This document shows, piece by piece, positions 1-12,137 of a stretch of 37,651 nucleotides of DNA; position 1 is the stretch's first letter; each line of letters begins with the position of its first letter. The stretch is from the NCBI GenBank assembly GCA_002269645.1, contig NIVC01000042.1, positions 662,444-700,094 of the forward strand, in the 5' to 3' direction. The translations under genes and the position numbers were made by a program. This DNA comes from Macrostomum lignano. Lineage: Eukaryota. The notes under the pieces were generated by a model. The model was given only the letters and a program-made list of their open reading frames with translations. It did no database searches and had not been told where the DNA came from.

Positions 1-298
1 GGCGGCAGCAGGCGCATGCCGGCGGTGCACAGGATTGTACAGCGGAGTTTCAACTAGTTTGGCGGCGTGGCACAGCGGCGCGAGCTGGCAAAGTCCAGCA
101 GAGGGGTCAGGTAGTCGAAAGGCTGCCGATGGCTTAGCCGCAAAGTCGGAGATGCCAGGAGTGACCTGGGGGATTGAACAAGTAGGAAGTTATCTTTAAA
201 GGGTTATAACTCAGCCCATAGGAAGTTATCTTTAAAGGGTTATAACTCAGCCATGACAGACAGACAGACAGACAGACAGACAGAGACAGACAGACAGA

Positions 299-357
<59 letters not shown>

Positions 358-374
358 CAGACAGACAGACAAGC

Positions 375-449
<75 letters not shown>

Positions 450-466
450 CAGACAGACAGACAAGC

Positions 467-519
<53 letters not shown>

Positions 520-569
520 GGCAGACAGACAGACAGACAGACAGACAGACAGGCACAGACAGACAGACA

Positions 570-617
<48 letters not shown>

Positions 618-622
618 CAGAC

Positions 623-707
<85 letters not shown>

Positions 708-1243
708 GAGACAGACAGACACTAAGACAGGCAGACACTAAGACAGGCAGACACTAAGACAGGCAGACACTAAGACAGGCAGACACTAAGACAGGCAGAC
801 ACTAAGACAGGCAGACAGTGCAAAATTAGTATATATAGATTGAGCACCTTCTTAACGATCCGCTTTCCGTTAGGCGCAGCCAGAGGCCGGATGTTCAACA
901 GCTGATGCTCGTTGCCGCTGTGCGTAGGCCAGGCGTACACAAACAGCCGGGAACCGCTGCTGCCGCAGTCGATAACAACGCCGAAATGCAAGTCCAAGTG
1001 CTCGTCATTCAGTGTATAGTAGGTGCGCGATTCCGCTAATCTATCGCTGGCCGCTCGGACGGGGCCAGCCGGCCGGAATGCGAAGGCGCCCGATAATCGT
1101 GACCTGAGACTGGCGCCGCTGAGCAGCGCCGAGAAGGCGTCCGGCGCGGCCAGGCGCAGCACTAAGAGTCCTATTAGCAGGACTGAGCACAGCAGACAGG
1201 CTTTGAGCAGGCCCGGCCTAGGCGGCTTGACGCGGCAGCGCAT
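1..1243 (-). CDS. ENTPD4: GDA1/CD39-family nucleoside diphosphatase, ENTPD4/ENTPD7-like (5' part only; exon 1243-848, intron 847-166, exon 165-<1)
   Basis: N-terminal hydrophobic helix, then apyrase motif ACR1 [20 protein letters not shown]. Phase-0 GT..AG splice joins KK to VTPGISDFA. Exon 2 yields [15 protein letters not shown] and [11 protein letters not shown] (ENTPD4/7-type motifs), but only if about 4 single-base insertions are removed. The gene runs off the window. Confidence 0.85.
183..253. repeat. 36-bp direct duplication (TAGGAAGTTATCTTTAAAGGGTTATAACTCAGCC x2) in the ENTPD intron
   Basis: Two near-identical adjacent copies read directly. Confidence 0.85.
255..817. repeat. (GACA)n microsatellite ending in 6 copies of the 16-mer ACTAAGACAGGCAGAC
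   Basis: Read directly. It explains the SVCL/TDRQ repeat ORFs in the track. Confidence 0.97.
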
Positions 1244-1374
1244 TTTCGCTGCCGAGTTCGACTGACTCGGCGAATCAGCTCGACGAACTGGACTGCATTG
1301 GCGATATGAAGCAATGCATGTTAGCGTGCAGGTGGGAATGCGCTGTTTGCATGTAGAATGGGAACGATCTTAAC

Positions 1375-2560
1375 TGGGATTAGGGGGACTCTGGGTGGGA
1401 TTGGGGATGATTCTGGGTGGGGATTAGGGATGATTCTGGGTGGGTATTAGGGATGATTCTGGATGGGGATTGGGGATGATTCTGGTTGAGGATTAGGAAT
1501 GATTCTGAATGGGATAATTCTAGACAGGGATTAGGGATGATTCTGGATGGGGATTGGGGATGATTCTGGTTGGGGATTGGGGATGATTCTGGCTGTGGAT
1601 TGGGGATGATTCTGGTTGTGGATTGGGGATGATTCTGGATGGGGATTGGGGATGATTCTGGTTGTGGATTGGGGATGATTCTGGTTGTGGATTGGGGATG
1701 ATTCTGGATGGGATTGGGGATGATTCTGGTTGTGGATTGGGATGATTCTGGTTGTGGATTGGGGATGATTCTGGCTGTGGATTGGGGATGATTCTGGTTG
1801 TGGATTGGGGATGATTCTGGATGGGGATTGGGGATGATTCTGGTTGTGGATTGGGGATGATTTTGGTTGTGGATTGGGGATGATTCTGGTTGTGGATTGG
1901 GGATGATTCTGGCTGTGGATTGGGGATGATTCTGGTTGTGGATTGGGGATGATTCTGGCTGTGGATTGGGGATGATTCTGGATCGATTGGGGATGATTCT
2001 GGTTGTGGATTGGGGATTATTCTGTTCGGGGATTAGGGATGATGGCGATGCTGAATGGGGATTAATTATGATTCTGGTTGTGGATTGGGGATGATTCTGG
2101 ATGGGGATTGGGGATGATTCTGGATGGGGATTGGGGATGATTCTGGTTGGGGATTGGGGATGATTCTGGATGGGGATTGGGGATGATTCTGGTTGGGGAT
2201 TGGGGATGATTCTGGATGGGGATTGGGGATGATTCTGGATGGGGATTGGGGATGACTCTGGTTGGGGATTGGGGATGATTCTGGCTGTGGATTGGGGATG
2301 ATTCTGGTTGGGGATTGGGGATGATTCTGGTTGGGGATTAGGGATGATGGCGATGCTGAATGGGGATTGGCGATGATTCTGGTTGGGGATTAGGGATGAT
2401 GCTGGATGGGGATTAAGGATGACTCTGGTTGGGGATTAGGGATGATGCTGGATGGGGATTAAGGATGACTCTGGTTGGGGATTAGGGATGATGCTGGATG
2501 GGGATTAAGGATGACTCTGGTTGGGGATTAGGGATGATGCTGGATGGGATTAGGGATTAC
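1375..2560. repeat. 23-bp G-rich minisatellite (GGATTGGGGATGATTCTGGTTGT), about 50 copies
   Basis: Read directly; lies upstream of the ENTPD ATG. Confidence 0.95.
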
Positions 2561-3585
2561 GAGTATTCTGGATAGTAATCATGGCCGAATTCAAGTCAGT
2601 AAGTCTGAAGACTTTAATGTCAATAGTTAAAAATTATTAGAAAAATTCAAACCAAGATTATAACAATTAAAAACAGAAGCTCACGATGATTTAGCTTAAG
2701 CCAGTCCAGTTAGCAAGTTCGTTTGAAAAAAGCTGACAAAGTATTCGTTACAACTCGCGAGGTACAGCCTCAGTTGCACCATGGATTTTATATATCACAG
2801 CCACTGGGACTGCTATGGACCCGGCACCCATCCAGCAATTTATATAGAACTCCGCTGCCGCAAGTGAGCTCAACTCAAAAAACCCCTCTAGCTACCCCAC
2901 AGCTCAAACCCCCAACCGCCGCCTCGGTGTGGAGTCGAAGTGCCAAGCATTATAAATCGATTTTTTGGCCGATTTAGCAGCACCGATACAGGCTGGAGGG
3001 GGGGGGGGGTTAGAGAGTTGGGGAGAGAGAGTCAGACAGAAGTGAGACTTCAGCACGCATTGATACAGCTGCTTGGGGCACAGCTGTCCAGTGCGCGCGC
3101 GCACCGCTAAACACTGGTATGAACAATTTGAATTAAGCCAAGTGCGCTGCCTCACACACGTCAGCTAAGCCAAAATCTACGCTTTGCCACGTTGGAATCA
3201 GTTTGAATTTGAACTTGAATTTCTTTAAGCTAACTGCTCCTTGACTCCTTGATACGATTCGTATCGTAGACGGTTAGAATTTGTTAAAAAGCCGCAAATC
3301 AAAAGAAGTCAAAACCAATTGATAAATTGTTTAGAAAGCATTGCATCATATTAGTTAAAACTGTTGGCACATTGAACTACTTACTAGACTAGTTAGTAGT
3401 ATGGTGTGCGTATGTTTATCGCTTTTTGTCAATCTAGATTTCAAAAAATACCTCCTGAGCAGCGAAACAACAGGCCGAACTTCTAAACAAAACAGGAAAT
3501 AAAGAGGCACTGGTATAGACTCAGAAAAAAAGAAAGAAAACAATTAAAGCTACTCGTAGAAAAGCCAGGAAAAAAGCAAGCTCAC

Positions 3586-3813
3586 CTTATTTGACCCCAC
3601 CTGGAAAAATCGCTGTCCGTCATGTGGGTGGCCTGATGAACTGAGCTAAATGCCAGAGCGACGGAAAAGCTATGAGAGTACTTTTGTTTGAAAGCGCTGC
3701 TGCTGCAGTGGAATGCATGCGCTGGAATTGGTAGTTTATTTGCTTCATATCTAGCCTCTGCCACGAGAAGTACACGTGCGTACATGGCTAACAATATGAT
3801 GCGCGTACACATT
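3586..3813 (-). other. Candidate upstream exon (UTR or coding) of the ENTPD gene
   Basis: Bounded by an acceptor ttcag at 3814 and a donor gtgagc at 3585. It carries an open frame from ATG 3812 that would splice in frame (phase 2) to the acceptor at 1293. No recognised homology. Confidence 0.3.
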
Positions 3814-3852
3814 CTGAATCGTCTGTATTAATAGGAATTAATATTTAAATCA

Positions 3853-5280
3853 GTGTGCACATTCCACAGGGCTGCTAATATTGAAGGACACATGGTACAT
3901 CACTGTGCACATTCCACAGGGCTGCTAATATGGGAGACACATGGTACATCAGTGTGTACATTCCAGAGGACAGCTAACAATGGGAGACACATGGTACATC
4001 AGTGTGTACATTCCAGAGGACAGCTAACAATGGAGACACATGGTACATCAGTGTGTACATTCCAGAGGACAGCTAACAATGGGAGACACATGGTACATCA
4101 GTGTGTACATTCCAGAGGGCTGCTAACAATGGCAGACACATGGTACATCAGTGTGTACATTCCAGAGGGCTGCTAACTATGGCAGACACATGGTACATCA
4201 GTGTGTACATTCCAGAGGACAGCTAACAATGGGAGACACATGGTACATCAGTGTGTACATTCCAGAGGCAGCTAACTATGGCAGACACATGGTACAACAG
4301 TGTGTACATTCCAGAGGACAGCTAACAATGGAGACACATGGTACATCAGTGTGTACATTCCAGAGGACAGCTAACAATGGAGACACATGGTACATCAGTG
4401 TGTACATTCCAGAGGGCTGCTAACTATGGCAGACACATGTACATCAGTGTGTACATTCCAGAGGGCTGCTAACTATGGCAGACACATGGTACATCAGTGT
4501 GTACATTCCAGAGGGCTGCTAACTATGGCAGACACATGTTACATCAGTGTGTACATTCCAGAGGGCTGCTAACTATGCAGACACATGGTACATCAGTGTG
4601 TACATTCCAGGGGCTGCTAACTATGGCAGACACATGGTACATCAGTGTGTACATTCCAGAGGGCTGCTAACTATGGCAGACACATGGTACATCAGTGTGT
4701 ACATTCCAGAGGGCTGCTAACTATGGCAGACACATGTTACATCAGTGTGTACATTCCAGAGGGCTGCTAACTATGGCAGACACATGGTACATCAGTGTGT
4801 ACATTCCAGAGGGCTGCTAACTATGGCAGACACATGTACATCAGTGTGTACATTCCAGAGGGCTGCTAACTATGGCAGACACATGGTACATCAGTGTGTA
4901 CATTCCAGAGGGCTTCTAACTATGGCAGACACATGGTACATCAGTGTGTACATTCCAGAGTGCAGCTAACAATGAGACACATGGTACATCAGTGTGTACA
5001 TTCCAGAAGGCTGCTAACTATGTCAGACACATGGTACATCAGTGTGTACATTCCAGAGGGCTGCTAACTATGGCAGACACATGGTACATCAGTGTGTACA
5101 TTCCAGAGGGCTGCTAACTATGCAGACACATGGTACATCAGTGTGTACATTCCAGAGTGCAGCTAACAATGGAGACACATGGTACATCAGTGTGTACATT
5201 CCAGAGGGCTGCTAACTATGTCAGACACATGGTACATCAGTGTGTACATTCCAGAGGATAGCTAACAATGGGAAACACAT
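3853..5280. repeat. 50-bp minisatellite (CAGACACATGGTACATCAGTGTGTACATTCCAGAGGGCTGCTAACTATGG), about 28 copies
   Basis: Read directly. Confidence 0.97.
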
Positions 5281-6208
5281 GTAAGTTCTAGGGTCAATGT
5301 CACAAATACGAAGATCTCTCGTAGAAAAATCGAGTCTGGGACCCGTCCTGTTGCTACTACGCCTAACTGCCCACGATTTCGAAGTCAGAATTGAATACAT
5401 TAAATAAGAAGACAGACAATACACAAACCCTGTAACCAAATGCTGTAAAACAGCTCTATCTAGAAGGTAAAATATTTTAATTAATGTCAGCAATGCACAT
5501 ATAGAAATTTGATTCGGAACGGCAATACGCACAATTCTATTAATAGCAGAATGGCATGTCGTCAGTGCCAAGAGAATCATACTGTGTTACATTCATCAGA
5601 ATATTAAAAATAATTGGCAACTGACTAAACAATAGACAGGCAACATAATGTACTTTTAATTGCAAACCAGTCAGGGCAGTCCTTGGCACGGCGGATCTGC
5701 CAGCTAATAATTTGCATACAAATAAAGTTTATTACTTTACCTAGTGAGTCATTAAAATTGCTTATTAAGTCAGAACTACACGGCGAAATTCTAGATGAAT
5801 AGAAATCTGCGTTAATGTAAGACTATTATAAAAGAACTTTTCTCTCTAGCGAATGTACTATTATCTGTACTATAGATAAAATATTAAATATAGAAATTCA
5901 TTCATTATTACAGCATTAAACAGACAATAGTTTGTATTCATGAAACAGAATCCGAATAACGGTAAGCTACTCGTGTCATATCGAGCTTAGACAATGAATA
6001 CAAGCTTGCTTAGCATTTCAAATTTTTATGACTAAATAAGAAACCTGGGCTTTCTCCGAGCAGTGCTATAAAGCAATGCAAAAGGACTAGTATCATCATC
6101 GCATTACTGAGCCCAAATATCATAATCATCTGTGAAGTAAGATAATTTAAAATTTAACTGTTGTATAGGTGAAAATGTCACAACACATTTCATCAGTCTG
6201 CCTAAGTA

Positions 6209-6574
6209 TTATCAGAGGCAGGGGCTGTGCGCACCCTGGCGCACTTCAAGCGACATTGTCACACAACCGGCGAGAGCATTGCTGCCCATTCCGCCGACTC
6301 CCCTGAGCAGGCACACAAGCGCGCGGATACGTACGCAGTCATACGCACAGGCACACACTCACACAGGAGTGTACAGCGGCCCTAACTTTATTTATCGCTA
6401 GGCATGTACACTTCACTGTGCCTTGGGGGTTGGCCCTCAAGCTGGGCGTTAATTGCACGAGCAGAGCCAAGCCGAGATTCCAATTCAGCCCCAAATTCGT
6501 GTGACTGCACTTGGAATCGAGCCTGGGTCGCTGGCACATCAGAGCGCCGCGCCAGACCACTGCACTACGGCTCC
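6209..6574 (-). mobile_element. tRNA-derived SINE, near full-length copy
   Basis: The head GGAGCCGTAGTGCAGTGG...GGCTCGATTCC has Pol III A- and B-box-like motifs. A highly similar inverted copy lies at 16530-16886. Confidence 0.75.
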
Positions 6575-7013
6575 TGTATTTTTGTGTAACAGTCGCACTC
6601 TACGCTCGAAATAACTGGATGGGCCGCTCGGGCACACTGGCTGGCTGAAACAGTGTCTCTACTTTTAGCTCAGTAGCAAGGCGGGATGCGTCCTCTTTTT
6701 TATGATACTAAAATAGATTAATATTAATGTAACAGCCGTAATAACATTAGCCATCCACAGCCACTGACAATGTACATGCTAGCTTTAGGCTGCAACACCG
6801 AGTAGGGCAATAAAAATCGAGCGGCTGGGGGAGAGTAAGAGGGCCAATAAATGAGTCTCGTCTTAAAAAATACACCAAAAATGCTTCTATTTAAACTGCC
6901 TACTGAACTGAAAGTAGCTTATGCGCAAATGTGCTGAGTGGCGTCCATTTCGGTTATTATTTACCTTAGCAGTAGCAGTTTCTAATTGATTTCTAGGTCT
7001 GTGCATACTTTTA

Positions 7014-9452
7014 TTAAGCGCCGTAGAAGAGCCTGGCAACCGGATAGCGAACGGCAAAGGCGAGCGCAGTGCAGGCGATTTGCAGAGCAAGCAGCAGCCT
7101 GGTTAACTTGGCCTCGTGCATCGGGCCGAACAGAACCAGAGCGGCGTTGATGAGGGTGAGGTTGGTCATGCTGGCCCGTTCTTCGCCGTCGTGCAGTTCA
7201 ACTTTGCACGCGACCAGTCGCAGCGGCGCGAGAATCCTGCTAGCAACCAGGTAGCAGAGCCGGCCGAGCAGGCTGAGCCGGGCGGGACAGAATTCCACCG
7301 TGCTCGGCTGCAGCTGATCTTTGGCCGGGTCGAATCTGCATCAATTATTTTGGTTTTGTTGCCAGTCTGGACTGAATAAAGGTGTGTATTTGAGCCATTT
7401 TGATCGCTCAGATCCTTGATACTTCAAATTTATAAAGCCCTCAGGTTGCTAGGATGGAAATACCGGTTGCTAGAATGCAAATACCGGTTGCTAGAATTGA
7501 AATACCGGTTGATAGAATGGAAATACCGGTTGCTAGAATGCAAATACCGGTTGCTAGAATTGAAATACCGGTTGATAGAATGGAAATACCGGTTGCTAGA
7601 ATTGAAATACCGGTTGCGAGAATGAAAATACCGGTTGCTAGAATGGAAATACCGGTTGCGAGAATGAAAATACCGGTTGCTAGAATGGAAATACCGGTTG
7701 CGAGAATGAAAATACCGGTTGCTAGAATGGAAATACCGGTTGCTGGGTGGAAATACCGGTTGCTAGAATTGAAATGCCGGTTGCTGGGTGGAAATACCGG
7801 TTGCGAACATGGAAATATCGGTTGCTAGGATGGAAATACCGGTTGCTAGGAAGAAAATACTCCGGTTGGTAGGATGGAAATACTGGTTGCTAGAATGGAA
7901 ATATCGGTAGCTAACATGGAAATACCGGTTGCTAGAATGGAAATACCGGTTGTTGGGTGGAAATACCGGTTGCTAGGATGAAAATACCGGTTACTAGGAT
8001 GAAAATATCTGTTGCTAACATGGAAATACCGGTTGCTAGGATAGAAATACCGGTTGCTAACATGGAAATACCGGTTGCTAGGATTGAAATACCGGTTGCT
8101 AGAATGGAAATACCGGTTGCTAGGATTGAAATACCGGTTGCTCGGTTGCTAGGATAGAAATACCGGTTGCTAACATGGAAATACCGGTTGCTAGGATTGA
8201 AATACCGGTTGCTAACATGGAAATAACGGTTGCTAGAATAAAAATATATCGGTTGCTAACATGGAAAAACCGGTTGCTAGGATGGAAATACCAGTTGCTA
8301 GAATGAAAATATCGGTAGCAAACATGGAAATACTGGTTGCTAGAATGGAAATATCGGTAGCTAACATGGAAATACCGGTGGCTAGGATGGAAATACTGGT
8401 TGCTAACATGGAAATATCAGTTGCTAACGTGGAAATACCGGTTGCTAGAATAATAGAAACCTAAGTTTCCAGGATGGTTGGAAATTCCGGTTGCTTTTGA
8501 GCAAAGCACCGGTTATGACAGATCGAAGCAAAGCCGAGACTAACCTGGGCAGGCGGTGCCTTGGACACGGCACCAGGCGGAACAGCTGCGGCATTGACAG
8601 GGCAAAATTGGCCACCTGAGGCAGCTGGAACAGCAGCAAAGTCTTGCTGTAGTGCCCGAGAATGCCAGCAACGGCGAACAGCATGCCGGAGAAATAGCAG
8701 AATGTATCGCCAACAAACACCTGGGCCGGGTAGCGATTGAATCTGTACAGCGCGGCGCACACACCAACATAGGGCAGCAGCAGGTGCAGCGACAGCCGGT
8801 GCCAGTAGGCGAACTCGCCGCCAGCCTCGAGAGCGTTAAAAACAACGAGGGAGCCGGCAATCAGCAAGCTCTGGCCGGATTCCAGGCCGTTAACTCCGGC
8901 ATAGATATTAATAGCATTAGTGCAGAATACGGCCAGCATGCCCATGTAGGCGTAGTACAGCGGCCCAAGCTCGCAGCTCTCAACGCCTAGCAGAGGCCGA
9001 AGCGGTAGAGGCACAACAACCCGAGTCCAGCCGCGATTGACATAATACACCATCAACAGAGGCAGGGAGGCCACGCAGGGTAGCACTAGTTTTACTAGCC
9101 AGCGCAGATTCAATGCGTCATCGGCGAAGCCTAGAAATAGCATGCAACAGACGCAGAGCAATGCGGTGATGAATAGTACAAAATCGGCGTGCGGAAAGTC
9201 CACAGGATTGTTTAGCATAGCGTCGGCGAATGGCAGCGGAATGAAGGCGAATAGCAGGCAGAGATACACTGCGCCGGCCAGCACACCCTGCGCTTCCGGA
9301 ATCACCCGGCCGTCCTTCTTGGCCATGTCCCGGCCAGACAGGCCGGCGTCCAGGAACAGCTGACGGCAGCGGGGCATCAGCCAGGTCAGGCTGGCGAATC
9401 CGACGGCGCACAGGCCGGCTGAGACGCCAATCAGCCAATCGGAGTAGGCCAT
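7014..9452 (-). CDS. DPAGT1: UDP-GlcNAc:dolichyl-phosphate GlcNAc-1-phosphate transferase (exons 9452-8545 and 7335-7014; 409 aa)
   Basis: Motifs LGFADDALNLRW, VFCTNAINIYAGVNGLESGQS, YPAQVFVGDTFCYFSGM, CPRHRLPR and C-terminal NLTLIN...GPMHE...RYPVARLFY. The phase-2 GT-AG intron restores the frame, and the length is close to human DPAGT1 (408 aa). Confidence 0.96.
7450..8500. repeat. 21-bp minisatellite (GGAAATACCGGTTGCTAGAAT), about 48 copies, filling the DPAGT1 intron
   Basis: Read directly. It explains the MEIPVAR repeat ORFs. Confidence 0.96.
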
Positions 9453-9474
9453 GAACAATCAACGGCAGTGTGGG

Positions 9475-9960
9475 AGGAATTGTACCAAATCAGCCTATTA
9501 GAGAAGAGCTAGAACAGGGTGGGTAGGATAGGCAGAAATTGGACCAAATCAGCGAATTAGAGAAGAGCTAGAACAGGGTGGGTAGGATAGGCAGAAATTG
9601 GACCAAATCAGCCAATTAGAGAAGAGCTAGAACAGGGTGGGTAGGAAAGGTCGAAATTGGACCAAGTCAGCCAATTAGAGGAGCTAGAACAGGGTGGGGA
9701 TATAATGGAGTTGGACTAAATCAACCAATTAGAAAAGGCCTAGGACAGAAAGAAAGAGCATATTAGCCAATCAGGGAAAGCATCAATAGATGCAAATAGA
9801 CCAAATCAGCCAATTAGAGAAGACCTAGAGTAGGGTGGGGATTGAGTAGGATTGAACTAAATCAATAAATTAGATGCCTAAGACAATGTATATGGTAGGT
9901 AAGGGTACATAGATACTAGACCAGAAAAATCAACTAAAGTATAAGTTTGAGTTAACCAAA
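9475..9960. repeat. About 59-bp tandem repeat that decays with distance, immediately upstream of the DPAGT1 ATG
   Basis: Unit GGACCAAATCAGCCAATTAGAGAAGAGCTAGAACAGGGTGGGTAGGATAGGCAGAAATT; about 3 good copies, then degenerate ones. Confidence 0.85.
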
Positions 9961-12137
9961 TCAGCAATTAAAGAAGGCTTTGAAAAGGATAAGGCAAGGG
10001 TAGAGTAAGTAAAAATCAAACCAAATTATCATTGTCTAAATATAAATAGAAAATAAGCTTATCCATTGGGTATACATTAAATAATAACAAAGCAATTAGC
10101 AAGACATTAAGTCTTTTATTTATAATAGCAGATTAACCTTTAACCTTATAACCTTATAACCTTTAGCTCCTAACATATTTGTATGCATTATAAAAATGTC
10201 ATTTGTAGCATTTTTATAATATTATAACAATGTTATGACAAGGATAGTATTGGAAAAAATAGTATTCTACCACCATACCTTTGTACCTCCATAGCCATAG
10301 CTATACTGAATTTATCATGCTATCTCCATAGTCACAATTTGTTATGTTTTAGATAGTCAAATCTCCGTATTTCAAATTTTCCTATAGCCATATTAAAAAT
10401 TAACAAAATTAACAAAAACCATAAATTTCCAATGCTAAAAGCAAAAATGTAAAGCCAAAGTGAAAGCAAGATCAAGCAAAAAGCAAAAAGCAAAAATTAA
10501 GTAATTTTAGTATAATATAAAGAGTCTTATTATCTCTTTTAGTATAAATCTATTTTAGTATGAGATTTTAGTATAATAGATTTAGTTAGGTACAATAAAT
10601 ATCAACACATTTTATTTGAGATAGCCAGTAATGTATCTATCTAATTAGCCAAGATTATAAAAATTTAAATTAAAATAACTTTTCTTTACAAAAAAGAGAC
10701 TTTGTATTTAATTTATATTGTTATAGGAAATTATGTATGGTGCTCCACATCTCCATAATACATAACCGTAGCCACCAATTGGCAAGATCTCCATAGCTGC
10801 AATCTGTAACCAAATTTTGCTCAAAAAAGTTCCACCTGAATTTTCTTGCAACCATAGCCATAATTATGGTAGAACACTAGAAAATATCCATCCCAGGATA
10901 ATCCCAGGATCCTAGGATTTGACATTTCCTAATCCTGGGATCCTGAGAATCTGGGATTGACAGAATACAAGATTTTGTGACCCCTAGCCCAAACCAAGGT
11001 AGCTTGCTGAATAAATGGGATGACTTGTCTGTCGTATACTATAGATTAGTGTTTAGTGTAGATTATTCAACATTGAATTAGCTACAAAGTTGTCACATTG
11101 ACAAACTAAATACGGCCTAATTTAACTAAAACCAATTTTCGAGTGTTTGATATCTATTAGTTCTTAGACTTAGTCCTCTCGTTTCGTCTAGTACTTTTTT
11201 AAAAAAACGAATGAGTATGAATAGGCTTAGATTTCCTAGAATAAATGTTTCCCTAGCCCAAATTCTCTTAGCCATCTCTTAAACTTAGCAATTAGCATAA
11301 TTGGAAAAAAATAACTTAAATTCAGCTAGTAAGTATCCCACTAATGAAAAACGAGAAAGAAAGTAAATAGCTAGGTTCTTCTAGCAGCTCTTGCTGCAGA
11401 TTATTTAGCAGGCTTCGAAGATTGATCATTGATCAAATAGCTGGTGAGCTGGCTGGAGGAGTAAAAAATGTGAATGACTCTTAACACGTTAAATAGGTAC
11501 GTATACCTGACAGCGTGTTAAACCAAATAAAACTCGTATGAAATCAAGAATACTGAAATTTATTACTTATTTAATTTCGCATTAAAAATTAAAACTTATA
11601 AGAGAAAATTTTTGTTACCGTCTATTATGGTAAAGGTTTTTGCCACATCAATATTGAAAACGTTTTGTGGAAGATTTGTTCGTTTCGATAATTAGTTTTC
11701 GGCAGTGGCATTGTATTGTAACAGTATAAGTTAGCATAACCACTGAATTGAATTTTCATCATAGTCAAGAATAAAACCATTCGGCTCTTTTAGTACATTC
11801 TTATTGCCATTTACTTAATACGTATTACATGCAAATTGTTATTGTAACATATAGCAAAGTATTCCTACAACTTCTGCGATAACATACTACACTCTACATT
11901 TCCATAATATTCGCATATAGTGATAATACAGTTATCATTCATGCATGCAAGGTATAGGCCCACCTGGTAAGCCCACCAAAAGTAATGCAACCAGAAATGT
12001 TAAGGTACGTTGGATTCTGTGGAAAGGTATAAAAGACGCAAAAGTAGTGGGTGCAGAAGGGTGTCTCTGTGTTTTATCGAAAATGCGCTTGGTTCCCCAC
12101 TTTCACTTTTTCAGGTCTCCGCCGAATAGGGGCGACC

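Noticed and set aside
134-741. Long SVCL/TDRQ ORFs
   Set aside because: Translations of the (GACA)n microsatellite inside an intron.
3853-4969. MCTFQRAANYGRH repeat ORFs
   Set aside because: Products of the 50-bp array; the frame shifts with every unit.
6500-6574. Possible tRNA gene
   Set aside because: The acceptor stem does not close, and the sequence continues into a ~300-bp body repeated elsewhere, so it is better explained as a SINE head.
7416-8464. MEIPVAR repeat ORFs
   Set aside because: The 21-bp unit is a multiple of 3, so open frames are expected; they lie antisense within the DPAGT1 intron.
9453-9458. TTG start for DPAGT1 given in the ORF track
   Set aside because: An ATG lies two codons downstream (9452) and gives the expected protein length.
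10860-10960. Degenerate ATCCCAGGAT/ATCCTGGGAT repeats suggesting transposon subterminal motifs
   Set aside because: No TIR pair or TSD could be delimited.
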